A stretch of DNA of 64,000 nucleotides, from the NCBI GenBank assembly GCA_947588205.1, contig CANPYG010000002.1:11427-75426 (forward strand), given 5' to 3'. The translations under genes were made by a program, and so were the position numbers. This DNA is from an uncultured Acetatifactor sp. (GTDB lineage: Bacteria; Bacillota; Clostridia; Lachnospirales; Lachnospiraceae). Positions 30,598 to 39,737 of the stretch are shown here, in pieces. The notes under the pieces were generated by a model. The model was not told the DNA's origin. It made no database searches and worked only from the letters and a program-made list of their open reading frames with translations. Every line of letters begins with the position of its first letter. The stretch's first letter is position 1.

Positions 30598-30719
30598 AGG
30601 TTCCTCTTTCCGCGCTTTTGCCAGCGCCTTCTCTTCCCTATCTCGGTTTCCGGTCAACGTTTCCTGACCCTGTCTCATTTACAGTTCCCTTTATCCGTCT
30701 TTCCCGGATTTTGTTCTCT

Positions 30720-31508
30720 TTAAATCTCAACCTCCTGTGCTTCAAAAACAGGACCGTCTGTACAGATCCTTGCATGATTCACATGGGAATGGGCGTCCAC
30801 ATCCCTGGTCTTCACCACGCATCCAAGGCAGGCCCCCACACCGCACGCCATATGCTCCTCCAGTGAAATGTACGCCGGAATTGCCTTTTCCCCGGCATAA
30901 CGCCTTACGGCGCGCAGCATCGGCATGGGGCCGCAGGCAAAGATCACATCCGCAGTCAATCCGTTTTCAGCGATGGCGTCCATCACATTTCCGCGGGTTC
31001 CCCTGCTTCCATCCTCCGTGGCAATATAGAGAGAGCCATATCTCTCAAAATCCTGTGCCAGAAAAAGATTCCTGTCGCGGTAGCCCGCTATGATCTGGAC
31101 CTCCTCCTGTTTAGAGCCGTTTTCCCGAAGCGCCTTCGCAAGCTGAAGGATGGGAGGCACCCCGATACCGCCCCCGATCAGAAAAACCTTTTTGCCCGCC
31201 GCCTCCTCTACAGGGAACCCGTTTCCAAGATTGCCCAGGATGTAAATCCCATCCCCTGCCTGATAGCCGGAAAATTCCGCAGTTCCCTTTCCTGCGACAC
31301 GGTATACAATCCTGAGTGCCTTTCCTTCCCCGTCCGTTTCACAAATGCTGATTGGTCTCGGAAGCAGGGTGCTTTTGTCCCTGGGATATACGCAGAGAAA
31401 CTGCCCTGGCTTCGCCCAGGCCGCGAGATCTGTTTTGATCCACATATCGAAGATTCCCGGCGCGATTTCCTGCTGGGAGATTACGGCCGCCGTTACTTTC
31501 TGCTTCAT
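30720..31508 (-). CDS. pyrK: Dihydroorotate dehydrogenase electron-transfer subunit
   Basis: RPISI, GGGIGVPP, ACGPMPML and MACGVGACLGC ... ICTDGPVF motifs. Confidence 0.96.
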   Translation of the reverse strand: MKQKVTAAVISQQEIAPGIFDMWIKTDLAAWAKPGQFLCVYPRDKSTLLPRPISICETDGEGKALRIVYRVAGKGTAEFSGYQAGDGIYILGNLGNGFPVEEAAGKKVFLIGGGIGVPPILQLAKALRENGSKQEEVQIIAGYRDRNLFLAQDFERYGSLYIATEDGSRGTRGNVMDAIAENGLTADVIFACGPMPMLRAVRRYAGEKAIPAYISLEEHMACGVGACLGCVVKTRDVDAHSHVNHARICTDGPVFEAQEVEI

Positions 31509-31576
31509 ATGGTTTCCGCCTCCTATTGTAAAAATATCTTAACTGTCCACCCTGGTATCATACTTACACTGAAACC

Positions 31577-32863
31577 CTACCCGTGCCGGTATATGACCTC
31601 TCCGCCGCATACCGTCATCCTGACCACTCCGCGAAGGATACGTCCGACAAAAGGGGAATTGGAGGATTTGGAGCAAAACTCCCCCACCTCTTCCCGCGCG
31701 GAGGTATCCACCAGGACCAGATCCGCCGGACCGCCTTCCGCAAGATATCCCGCATCCAGATGGTACATCGCCGCCGGATGCAGGCTCATACATTTTAATA
31801 CCTGCATCATGGTCATATAACCGCCCTCCACCAGCTCGGTGATGGCGAGGGGCAGGGCTGTCTCCAGACCGATGATCCCGCTGGGCGCCTCTGTGATCGG
31901 CCTCGCCTTTTCCTCAGCGCTGTGGGGGGCGTGATCCGTGGCGATCAGGTCAATGGTTCCGTCCGCCAGCCCCCGGATGATCGCCTGCCTGTCCTCTTCC
32001 TCCCGAAGCGGGGGATTCATCTTCGCCAGCGTACCATACCGGATCACCGCCTCTTCCGTCAGGGCGAAATGATGGGGCGTCGCCTCCGCATGGATATTAT
32101 TTCCTCTTTTCTTTGCCCTCCTGACAAGCTCCACCGCTTCCTTTGTGCTGATATGCTGAATATTGATGCACGCGCCTGTCTGCAGGGCGAGCTCAAGGTC
32201 TCTTTCCACCAGCGATATCTCCGCCTCCCGCGGCGAGCCGCCCACCCCATAGAACTGACTGGCACGGCCCCTGTTAATGCCGTTATTCTCGATCAGCTGC
32301 GGGTTTTCCTCATGAAGGCTGACAGGCATGTCCAACGCCCTTGCCCGTCTCATCGCCTCCAGCGTGACCTCCCGGTCAATCAAGGGGATCCCATCATCTG
32401 TGAAGCCCACGGCCCCCGCCGCCGCCAGCTCCTCCATGGGCACCAGCTCCCGCCCTTTCATCCCCATGGTCACATTCGCACAGGTCTCCACATGGATGCC
32501 TGTCCTCCGCCCCTTCTCGAGCACATATTGAAGCGTGTCCACCCGATCTACGCAGGGCTTTGTATTCGCCATCAGCACCACTGTGGTAAAACCGCCTCTG
32601 GCTGCTGCGCCTGCGCCGGTCTCGATATCCTCCTTATAGGTAAAACCGGGATCCCTGAAATGGACATGTACATCCACCAGGCCGGGCGCGACCAGAAGGC
32701 CGCCGGCGTCAATCCGTCTGCAGCCCTCCAGCTCCTCTTCCTTCATCCTCCCTGAAAGCTTTCCGGCAATCTTAACGATCCTGCCTTTGTCGATCAGGAC
32801 ATCATAATTTCCTTCCCGGCCGGATCTGGGATCGATCATATAACCATTCTCAATCAGTAACAT
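31577..32863 (-). CDS. pyrC: Dihydroorotase
   Basis: DVHVHFRDPG, TPHHF, KMNPPLR and ATDHAPH motifs. Confidence 0.96.
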   Translation of the reverse strand: MLLIENGYMIDPRSGREGNYDVLIDKGRIVKIAGKLSGRMKEEELEGCRRIDAGGLLVAPGLVDVHVHFRDPGFTYKEDIETGAGAAARGGFTTVVLMANTKPCVDRVDTLQYVLEKGRRTGIHVETCANVTMGMKGRELVPMEELAAAGAVGFTDDGIPLIDREVTLEAMRRARALDMPVSLHEENPQLIENNGINRGRASQFYGVGGSPREAEISLVERDLELALQTGACINIQHISTKEAVELVRRAKKRGNNIHAEATPHHFALTEEAVIRYGTLAKMNPPLREEEDRQAIIRGLADGTIDLIATDHAPHSAEEKARPITEAPSGIIGLETALPLAITELVEGGYMTMMQVLKCMSLHPAAMYHLDAGYLAEGGPADLVLVDTSAREEVGEFCSKSSNSPFVGRILRGVVRMTVCGGEVIYRHG

Positions 32864-32880
32864 CCTTTTGTACCGTTGTC

Positions 32881-33342
32881 TTACTCAAAAATAACGGTTT
32901 CCTCCAGTCCTTCTGTTTTGATCACTATGTATGGATAGGATGCAGCATCTTCCTTCTTCTCGGCGGATTCCGGACCCAGCAGATTGGTGCTCACATAAAT
33001 GGCGTTTTCCGTCAGATACAGGGAATTGACCGCAATGCTGTAGCCTCCCGTACCCTGCCGTCCATATCCGATCACAATATAAAGGAACTCTTCATCCCGA
33101 TAGGTCAGCTTAAAAGCCTCCGCCTTTCGTTCTTCGATGATCGCCGCCAGTTCCTCCGGGATCTTTTCCTCACTCAACACTGTAAAATCCAGATCGCGCA
33201 GCTTTACCCGTTCCTTGCTGTCGACCTGGCAGCCGTTCAGGAGCAAAACAGCGGCCGCCGCGCATAAAAGGGGAAGGATCCTTTTAGGACATAGGATTTT
33301 TTTCAAAGAAAGGATCCCTTTCGTACAAATGATTTTCTTCAT
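32881..33342 (-). CDS. PrcB C-terminal-domain lipoprotein
   Basis: Lipobox LNGC; IGYGRQGTGGYSIAV ... YPYIVIK motif. Confidence 0.75.
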   Translation of the reverse strand: MKKIICTKGILSLKKILCPKRILPLLCAAAAVLLLNGCQVDSKERVKLRDLDFTVLSEEKIPEELAAIIEERKAEAFKLTYRDEEFLYIVIGYGRQGTGGYSIAVNSLYLTENAIYVSTNLLGPESAEKKEDAASYPYIVIKTEGLEETVIFE

Positions 33343-33379
33343 CCGTCACAAATCTCCGCTATCAGAGCTTTGTTCCATT

Positions 33380-34042
33380 TTATGTGCGGAAGGGCTCATT
33401 TATGTGCGGAAGGGGCTCATTTATATGCTCCCCGGACCGTCTTTTTTTATCACAGGCGATCCATTCGTCCAGGGAAAGCGGTTCATAATCGGAATACATG
33501 CAGAAACAGTTGATCATATTACAGGGAATCCTCTGTTCTTCTCCCCGGGCGTTCCTTGCGACGGTGTTTTCCACGATACCTTGAAACTGCTCCAAAAGTC
33601 TCTGATCCATTGTATCGTGAACATGCCCGTACAACATATAAGTCCTCGGATTTCCATCCCCGTCCACCCGGTACTGTCCATTATAGCACATGATCGGATA
33701 ATGGCAAAGGATGACCTTCCTTTTATCATCATACAGCTCTTCATATGGCTTTATCCACTGAAAACGATCCGTATCCAGCTTTCTGTATCCCACAAACTTA
33801 TCGTGATTTCCCTGGATCAGATACAGCCTTCCGTTCAGCCGCCTCAATATTTCATTGGTTTCTTCCGCCTTCCCCAAAGACAGGTCCCCCAGGATCACTA
33901 CATCATCGTTTTTCCGTACCTTTCCGTTCCATTTGGCTATCATGTACTCATGCATTTCTTCCAGACTGCCAAAGCCCCTGTGGTCCATTTTCTCATTCAG
34001 GGCTTCATGAAAAAAATGCAGATCCGCAATATAATAGCGCAT
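33380..34042 (-). CDS. Calcineurin-like metallophosphoesterase
   Basis: DLH, LGD, GNHD, HYP and GHVH motifs. Confidence 0.92.
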   Translation of the reverse strand: MRYYIADLHFFHEALNEKMDHRGFGSLEEMHEYMIAKWNGKVRKNDDVVILGDLSLGKAEETNEILRRLNGRLYLIQGNHDKFVGYRKLDTDRFQWIKPYEELYDDKRKVILCHYPIMCYNGQYRVDGDGNPRTYMLYGHVHDTMDQRLLEQFQGIVENTVARNARGEEQRIPCNMINCFCMYSDYEPLSLDEWIACDKKRRSGEHINEPLPHINEPFRT

Positions 34043-34053
34043 TTTTCTTTACC

Positions 34054-34779
34054 TCATTTTTCTTTCCCAATTCCATCCACACTAAAATCATGCTCCCCGC
34101 GATACCAGCAGGCGCATACGGAATATCCCGGCAAAGCATCATAGGCCGCGAACCAGGCGCCACGCCCCCGCATTTTTTCCTCAGGGCCGACCGCAAGTCC
34201 GCTCCTTAGCCCTTCCCCGGTGAGCTTTCCGAAGCTTTCCTTCTGCGTCCAGAAATGGCAGAACAAGGCAAGCCTATCCTCTTCCCCCGGGCATTCACAG
34301 ATCCGCTGCCATTCCTCCTGTGCGAAAAAGCGCTTTGCCAGACGCTCCACGGGGCAATCCTGGCGCTGCTGGATATCCACCCCGATCTCCCGGTCGGATA
34401 GGGCGCAGGCAACATAATCCCCGGAATGGGACAGGCTGAAAAACAAGGGAATCCGATCCAGATAGGGCTTTCCGTCCGGCCCATAGCGAAAGGACAGCTC
34501 CTGTTCAAAAGGAAGTTCCTCCCGAATCCGGTCCAGCGCAACGGTCTGCCAGAAGCACTGTGCGGGATCATCCGGCTCCCCCTCCCGGGGCGGTTGCCTG
34601 TTCCAGACAGCGATCCCATATTGCAGGAGCAGCCCGGCTCCCAGGCTTCGGATCCGGTCCTCCCTGTTTGCGCAGCGAAGCACCTTTTCCCTCCGCTGTG
34701 CGCACACCTGCGGCAGCAGCATATCATAATATTGCGGTTTCTTCAGCTCCTCAATGCAAAGCAGGTACACCCGTCTCAT
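34054..34779 (-). CDS. Sfp-type 4'-phosphopantetheinyl transferase
   Basis: GKP, FSLSHSG, IGVDIQ and WTQKESFGKLTGEGL motifs; AGGAGG SD before ATG 34779. Confidence 0.92.
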   Translation of the reverse strand: MRRVYLLCIEELKKPQYYDMLLPQVCAQRREKVLRCANREDRIRSLGAGLLLQYGIAVWNRQPPREGEPDDPAQCFWQTVALDRIREELPFEQELSFRYGPDGKPYLDRIPLFFSLSHSGDYVACALSDREIGVDIQQRQDCPVERLAKRFFAQEEWQRICECPGEEDRLALFCHFWTQKESFGKLTGEGLRSGLAVGPEEKMRGRGAWFAAYDALPGYSVCACWYRGEHDFSVDGIGKEK

Positions 34780-34902
34780 AAAACCTCCTGCCCAAAGCCC
34801 CAAAGTCTAATAAAAACCTATTTATCCAAAACTCTTCCTTACATGAAAAGAAGGCTGTCAAAACAAAGCTTTCGCACTTATGACAGCCTTTTCCAGATTT
34901 CT

Positions 34903-36693
34903 TTATTTTTCAACCGACTTCAGTGCAAGATACAGCTCGTCGAGCTGCGCCTGGTCCACCACATCCGGCGCGCCCGTCATCAGACAGGAAGCATCCTTCA
35001 CCTTGGGGAACGCGATCACCTCGCGGATGCTCTCCGCCTTTGTGAGCAGCATGACAAAACGGTCCAGTCCGATCGCCAGTCCGGCATGAGGGGGCACTCC
35101 ATATTTGAATGCATTTAACAGGAAACCGAACCTGTTATATGCCTGTTCCTTCGTAAAGCCCAGCACCTCAAACATCTTCTCCTGCACATCGTTCTGGAAG
35201 ATTCTCACGCTGCCTCCGCCCAGCTCCACGCCGTTCAGCACAATATCATATGCCTTTGCGCGCACCTTGCCGGGATCGGTATCCAGCATCGCCAGATCCT
35301 CGTCCACGGGCATGGTGAAAGGATGGTGCATGGCAACATACCGTTCCTCCTCCTCGCTCCACTCAAGCTGCGGGAACTCCGTGATCCACAGGAAATCATA
35401 CCGATTGTGGTCCACCAGGCCCAATTCCTCCGCAAGCTCGCAGCGCAGGGCTCCCAGCACATTCCAGACAATCTTATCGCGGTCCGCCGCGAACAGGAGA
35501 AGATCCCCTGCTTCGCCTCCCATAGCCGTCACCAAAGCATCCAGCTGTTCCTGGGTCATAAACTTCGCGAAGGAGGATTTATAGCTTCCGTCCGGCTGTA
35601 CGGACAAATAAGCCAGACCCTTTGCGCCGCAGCCCTTTGCAAAATCCACCAGGGCGTCGATCCTCTTACGGGGCATTCCCGCCTGACCCTTTACATTGAT
35701 GCCCCTCACACTTCCGCCATTTTCCAGGGCGGAGGTAAACACGCCGAAGCCCGATCCTGCAACTGTTTCAGAAACATTCACCAACTCCATGCCGAATCTG
35801 GTATCCGGCTTATCCGAACCGAAACGGTTCATGGCATCCGTCCAGGTCATGCGCTTCAGGGGAAGCTCCACATCAAGGCCGATGGCTTCCCTGCAGACCC
35901 TTTGCACCATTCTTTCAGTCACATCGATCACGTCGTCCACGTCCACAAAGGACATCTCCAGATCCACCTGGGTGAACTCAGGCTGCCTGTCCGCACGGAG
36001 ATCCTCGTCACGGAAGCATTTTGCGATCTGGAAATATCTGTCATAGCCGGAGCACATCAAAAGCTGCTTGAAAAGCTGCGGCGACTGCGGCAGCGCGTAG
36101 AAAGCCCCCGGGTGAATCCGGCTGGGAACCAGATAGTCCCTGGCACCTTCCGGCGTGGATTTGTTCAAAATAGGAGTCTCAATTTCCAAAAAGCCTTCAT
36201 CGGTCATAAAGGAACGGATCGTTGTAGTGATCTTGCTGCGCAGGATCAGGTTGCGCTGAATATCCGGTCTCCTCAGATCCAGATAACGGTATTTCAGGCG
36301 AAGCTCCTCCTTGGTTTTGGAATTCTCCTCGATCTGGAAAGGCGGTGTCTCCGCCTCCGAAAGAATGCGCACCTGGGTCGCGCGCACCTCAATCTCCCCT
36401 GTCGCCAGGTTCTCATTGGCAGCGCCCTCGCGTCTTACGACCCTGCCCACTATAGCGACCACAAACTCGCTGCGGAGCTTTTCCGCCTTTGCGAAATTCT
36501 CGGCGCCGCACTCACTTTCCTCAAAGATCACCTGCAGAATACCTGCCCGGTCCCTCAGATCCACAAAAATTATTCCGCCCTTGTTGCGCTGCTTCTGTAC
36601 CCAGCCCATAACGGTAACGGTCTCACCGATATTGGCGGCGGACAATTCGCCGCAGCGACAGGTTCTTTTTAAGCCCTTCATTGATTCAGCCAT
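34903..36693 (-). CDS. aspS: Aspartate-tRNA ligase
   Basis: LRLKYRYLDLRR, PEGARDY, QSPQLFKQ, FRDEDLRADRQPEFTQ and PPHAG motifs. Confidence 0.97.
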   Translation of the reverse strand: MAESMKGLKRTCRCGELSAANIGETVTVMGWVQKQRNKGGIIFVDLRDRAGILQVIFEESECGAENFAKAEKLRSEFVVAIVGRVVRREGAANENLATGEIEVRATQVRILSEAETPPFQIEENSKTKEELRLKYRYLDLRRPDIQRNLILRSKITTTIRSFMTDEGFLEIETPILNKSTPEGARDYLVPSRIHPGAFYALPQSPQLFKQLLMCSGYDRYFQIAKCFRDEDLRADRQPEFTQVDLEMSFVDVDDVIDVTERMVQRVCREAIGLDVELPLKRMTWTDAMNRFGSDKPDTRFGMELVNVSETVAGSGFGVFTSALENGGSVRGINVKGQAGMPRKRIDALVDFAKGCGAKGLAYLSVQPDGSYKSSFAKFMTQEQLDALVTAMGGEAGDLLLFAADRDKIVWNVLGALRCELAEELGLVDHNRYDFLWITEFPQLEWSEEEERYVAMHHPFTMPVDEDLAMLDTDPGKVRAKAYDIVLNGVELGGGSVRIFQNDVQEKMFEVLGFTKEQAYNRFGFLLNAFKYGVPPHAGLAIGLDRFVMLLTKAESIREVIAFPKVKDASCLMTGAPDVVDQAQLDELYLALKSVEK

Positions 36694-36802
36694 AATGACT
36701 TGTATCCTTTCTGTTATAAATCTATCCTCCGTAAATGAATCGCAGCATATCCTTCTTTTCACCGGATATTCTTAAGACCAGAACCCGGTCCTCCGGATCG
36801 GG

Positions 36803-38065
36803 CTACTTTTTTAACGGATCCTTATAGAACTCCACAAATTCCTGATAGCCTTCCTTCTCCAGCTGTTCCTTCTGGAACTTTTTGTTCTTGTTCATGCGGA
36901 CCACCAGGACCTGGGTTCCGTTCTTACGCGCTTCCTGCGCCCTTGCGATCACATCGCACAGGGCGTCTCCACTGACGCCTTTTTCTACCAGATACGCCGC
37001 CTTGGCAGGCTGTGAGGGAACCTGGAAACCGCTTTCCATCAACAGAAGGATAATGCGCTCAAATCCGATGGAAAATCCGCAGGCGGGAACATCCTTGCCG
37101 GTAAACCTGCCCACCATTTTATCATATCGTCCGCCTCCGGCGCAGCTTCCGCCGAACTCCGGCATGGCGACCTCGAAGATCGTACCCGTATAATAAGACA
37201 TTCCCCTCACCAGGGCGGCATCGAACACGATCTCAAAATCCAAGGATTTCGTAGCGCGGACGCTGGAAATGATCTCCTGAAGGTTTTGCTCCGTTTCCGG
37301 TGCAAGGAAACCCGCCAGCCTTTCCGCCAGATAAGCTAACCCGTCCTGGGCTTCAGAGAGCCCCTTGAAAAGCTCCAGATACCTGTCCACTGTCTCTTTT
37401 GCGAACCCGTTTTCCAGAAGCTCAGTCTCAACGCCCTCCAGACCGATCTTGTCCATCTTATCCAGAGTGATGAATACACCGTCAAAATTCTCTTCCGAGA
37501 AGCCGCTGTACGCCGCCATCGCCTTCAGGATCTGTCTGTCGTTGATGCGGACCTGGAAATTCCGGAAACCCAGCTTCCCAAGGGTTGTGGTGGTGGCCAG
37601 GATCAGCTCGATCTCCGCCAGGTTAGAGGGCTCTCCCAGGATATCGATATCACACTGCATAAACTGGCGGTAACGCCCCTTCTGGGGTCTCTCCGCCCTC
37701 CATACATTGCCCATTTGCAGCGCCTTAAAGGGAGAGGGAAGCTGCGCGGCATTGTTGGAATAATATCTCACAAGTGGAACCGTCAGATCATAGCGCAGTC
37801 CGCCGTCCACCACTTCCTCTTCGGTGGAAGCCGACTCCACATTGAGCTTCTCGCCCCTTTTTAAAATCTTGAAGATCAGCTTTTCATTATCCCCGCCCTG
37901 CTTGTTCGTCAGGTTGGCGATATTCTCCACACAGGGAGTCTCGATGGATGTAAACCCAAATTTGCCGTAGGTCTCCTTGATCACGCCGATCACATAGTCG
38001 CGGATCTGCATCTCCTGCGGCAGAATATCCTTCATGCCCGTCGTGGGCTTCTTACTCAGTGCCAT
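36803..38065 (-). CDS. hisS: Histidine-tRNA ligase
   Basis: LRYDLTVP, WRAERPQKGRYRQF, RGMSYYTG and GGGRYD motifs. Confidence 0.96.
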   Translation of the reverse strand: MALSKKPTTGMKDILPQEMQIRDYVIGVIKETYGKFGFTSIETPCVENIANLTNKQGGDNEKLIFKILKRGEKLNVESASTEEEVVDGGLRYDLTVPLVRYYSNNAAQLPSPFKALQMGNVWRAERPQKGRYRQFMQCDIDILGEPSNLAEIELILATTTTLGKLGFRNFQVRINDRQILKAMAAYSGFSEENFDGVFITLDKMDKIGLEGVETELLENGFAKETVDRYLELFKGLSEAQDGLAYLAERLAGFLAPETEQNLQEIISSVRATKSLDFEIVFDAALVRGMSYYTGTIFEVAMPEFGGSCAGGGRYDKMVGRFTGKDVPACGFSIGFERIILLLMESGFQVPSQPAKAAYLVEKGVSGDALCDVIARAQEARKNGTQVLVVRMNKNKKFQKEQLEKEGYQEFVEFYKDPLKK

Positions 38066-38105
38066 AATGAAACTGCCTTCCTTTTCTGCTCGTTCTTTCC
38101 AAAAC

Positions 38106-38134
38106 AGTATAAATTTTTTTCTATTTCCTGTCAA
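38106..38134 (-). promoter_or_regulatory. Consensus sigma-A promoter for hisS-aspS
   Basis: TTGACA, 17 bp, TATACT. Confidence 0.8.
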
Positions 38135-38294
38135 TATTTAATTCATGGGCTGGCGACTTATTGCAAGTATCCCCCAGTAAAGCTCCTCCAGATGCTCTTC
38201 TGTGCCGACACCACATGTATTATGATGAATGCACCCGTACATGGACCTCAGGTACAACCCGAATGTCTGCTTCCACCACTGCTGCTTCCAATTC

Positions 38295-38372
38295 TTTCCC
38301 ATCCTTGGCCGGGATCTGGACAGGAAGCAAATTTTTCCCATCCTTGGCCGGAATCCGGACAGGAAGCATATT
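38295..38372. repeat. 39-bp tandem duplication
   Basis: tttcccatccttggccgg(g/a)atc(t/c)ggacaggaagca(a/t)att x2. Confidence 0.85.
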
Positions 38373-38438
38373 GATGCAGGATTTACCTGATAAAAGACAG
38401 GATTTCAGCAGGCGCATAAGAAAAGGATTGAAGCCCGG

Positions 38439-38476
38439 AAAAAAACCGCAGACGCTCCATTCAAATGTCTGCGGTT
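38439..38476 (-). terminator. Intrinsic terminator of the Rpn gene
   Basis: aaccgcagac ... gtctgcggtt followed by a U-tract on the minus strand. Confidence 0.75.
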
Positions 38477-38493
38477 CTCCTTATCTATCCTTG

Positions 38494-38721
38494 TTACTTC
38501 ATATACGCCATATATTCCTTCTCAAACACAGAACGCTCTAGGTTCGCCCGCTTTGCCGCATCCGCAATAGAAAGCAGGTTATCCTTTACAAGGCCAAAGA
38601 GAAGCTCTAATGCCCCCTCACGCTTACCTTCCTGAATGCCCCTTTGGATGCCTTTTTGGATGCCTTTTTGGATGCCTTCCTGCACCCCTTTATCATAAAT
38701 CCCCGTACTCAGATTACACAC
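38494..38721 (-). CDS. Putative internally initiated 75-aa Rpn small protein (in frame)
   Basis: GGAGGTGA at 38727-38734, 5 nt upstream of an in-frame GTG; product MCNLSTGIYDKG... Confidence 0.55.
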   Translation of the reverse strand: MCNLSTGIYDKGVQEGIQKGIQKGIQRGIQEGKREGALELLFGLVKDNLLSIADAAKRANLERSVFEKEYMAYMK

Positions 38722-39540
38722 CTGGCTCACCTCCCGACTGATTTCCTCTGTTACTTCGATATGAAACTCATCCGACAAAACGGCCTTTTTCTCTTCTGCC
38801 GACCTTTCCGTGGAAAATACCTTGCTCAGCAGCCGGATTGCATCATCCCCGCTCTGCTCTCCTTCTTGTCCAAGCCGCATCACCACTACCCTCATCAGGT
38901 CATAGTTCTCTTCCGCCTCCCGGTATTCTCCCCTCTTACAGTTCTCCACAAAGCGATACTCGTTGATGGCGTCCGACCGTTCCAGGGCGGTGTCTTCACA
39001 GATCCAAATGGATGCGACTTTTTTAATCCTGCCGTACTCCTGATCCTTGAATACCGTTCCCCTCTGGGCGGAAATCAGCCTGGAACCATAATAGATGCCC
39101 CGCTTTGGGATCGGATACCCCGGAGTGTCATTGTTCTGAATCTCAATGTTCACGATAATCTCCATCCGGTCGTTCCCACCCGGCATCCGGGTCAGGAAAC
39201 GGATGTCATACCTTACCGTGCCTTCCCTGACGGAGATGTCCTCTGTGGGCATCCCCTCAATCCGGTCGCTGCCGTTCAGCATTTCCCTCATCTCTCTCGG
39301 ATGCACGGCATCCGGATGATCCTGATGGACTGCCGCTTCGCTGATTTGTGGGGTTCCTTCTATGAATTCCCCGGCAATCTGCTTCACCGGAATATCTGCG
39401 AATTCGTCCAAGGCACTTTTCAGGATATAGGCCAGCACGGATTTCTGCGCCACAAGCTTTCTTGCCGAGGCATCATATTTTGCCTTTTCCTCCGCCACGT
39501 CAAGGTTTTGGGCAATCTCACTTGCTGTCACTTCATTCAT
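38494..39540 (-). CDS. Rpn/YhgA-like PD-(D/E)XK nuclease family protein
   Basis: RYDIRF ... NIEIQN catalytic motif; RGIYYGSRLISAQ; C-terminal GIQK/EG repeats. Confidence 0.85.
   Translation of the reverse strand: MNEVTASEIAQNLDVAEEKAKYDASARKLVAQKSVLAYILKSALDEFADIPVKQIAGEFIEGTPQISEAAVHQDHPDAVHPREMREMLNGSDRIEGMPTEDISVREGTVRYDIRFLTRMPGGNDRMEIIVNIEIQNNDTPGYPIPKRGIYYGSRLISAQRGTVFKDQEYGRIKKVASIWICEDTALERSDAINEYRFVENCKRGEYREAEENYDLMRVVVMRLGQEGEQSGDDAIRLLSKVFSTERSAEEKKAVLSDEFHIEVTEEISREVSQVCNLSTGIYDKGVQEGIQKGIQKGIQRGIQEGKREGALELLFGLVKDNLLSIADAAKRANLERSVFEKEYMAYMK
38643..38676 (-). repeat. 12-bp in-frame tandem repeat (GGCATCCAAAAA, encoding GIQK)
   Basis: About 3 near-identical units, flanked by degenerate GVQE/GIQE units. 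Confidence 0.85.
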
Positions 39541-39575
39541 GCGCCATCACCATCCTTCCAGTTGCCTTCGCTATT

Positions 39576-39604
39576 ATTCTACCATGAAAAAGGGGAAAAT
39601 ACAA
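39576..39604 (-). promoter_or_regulatory. sigma-A promoter of the Rpn gene
   Basis: TTGTAT, 17 bp, TG-n-TAGAAT. Confidence 0.6.
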
Positions 39605-39737
39605 TATTGCCCTAGGAACATTTTTCAAAAGCCTACCTAATGTATTATTAAGTTCTATCAAGTAATAATTTGATGTATTTTTGTTGTACTCTTAATGCAC
39701 TTTTCATCGTTTTTTGTACGTTCGAGCCTTCCAAAGA

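Noticed and set aside
38295-38372. Repeats as a CRISPR array
   Set aside because: Only two adjacent units, no spacers and no cas genes.
38494-39540. Rpn gene as an IS element
   Set aside because: No terminal inverted repeats or target duplication seen; the family is not a proven transposase.
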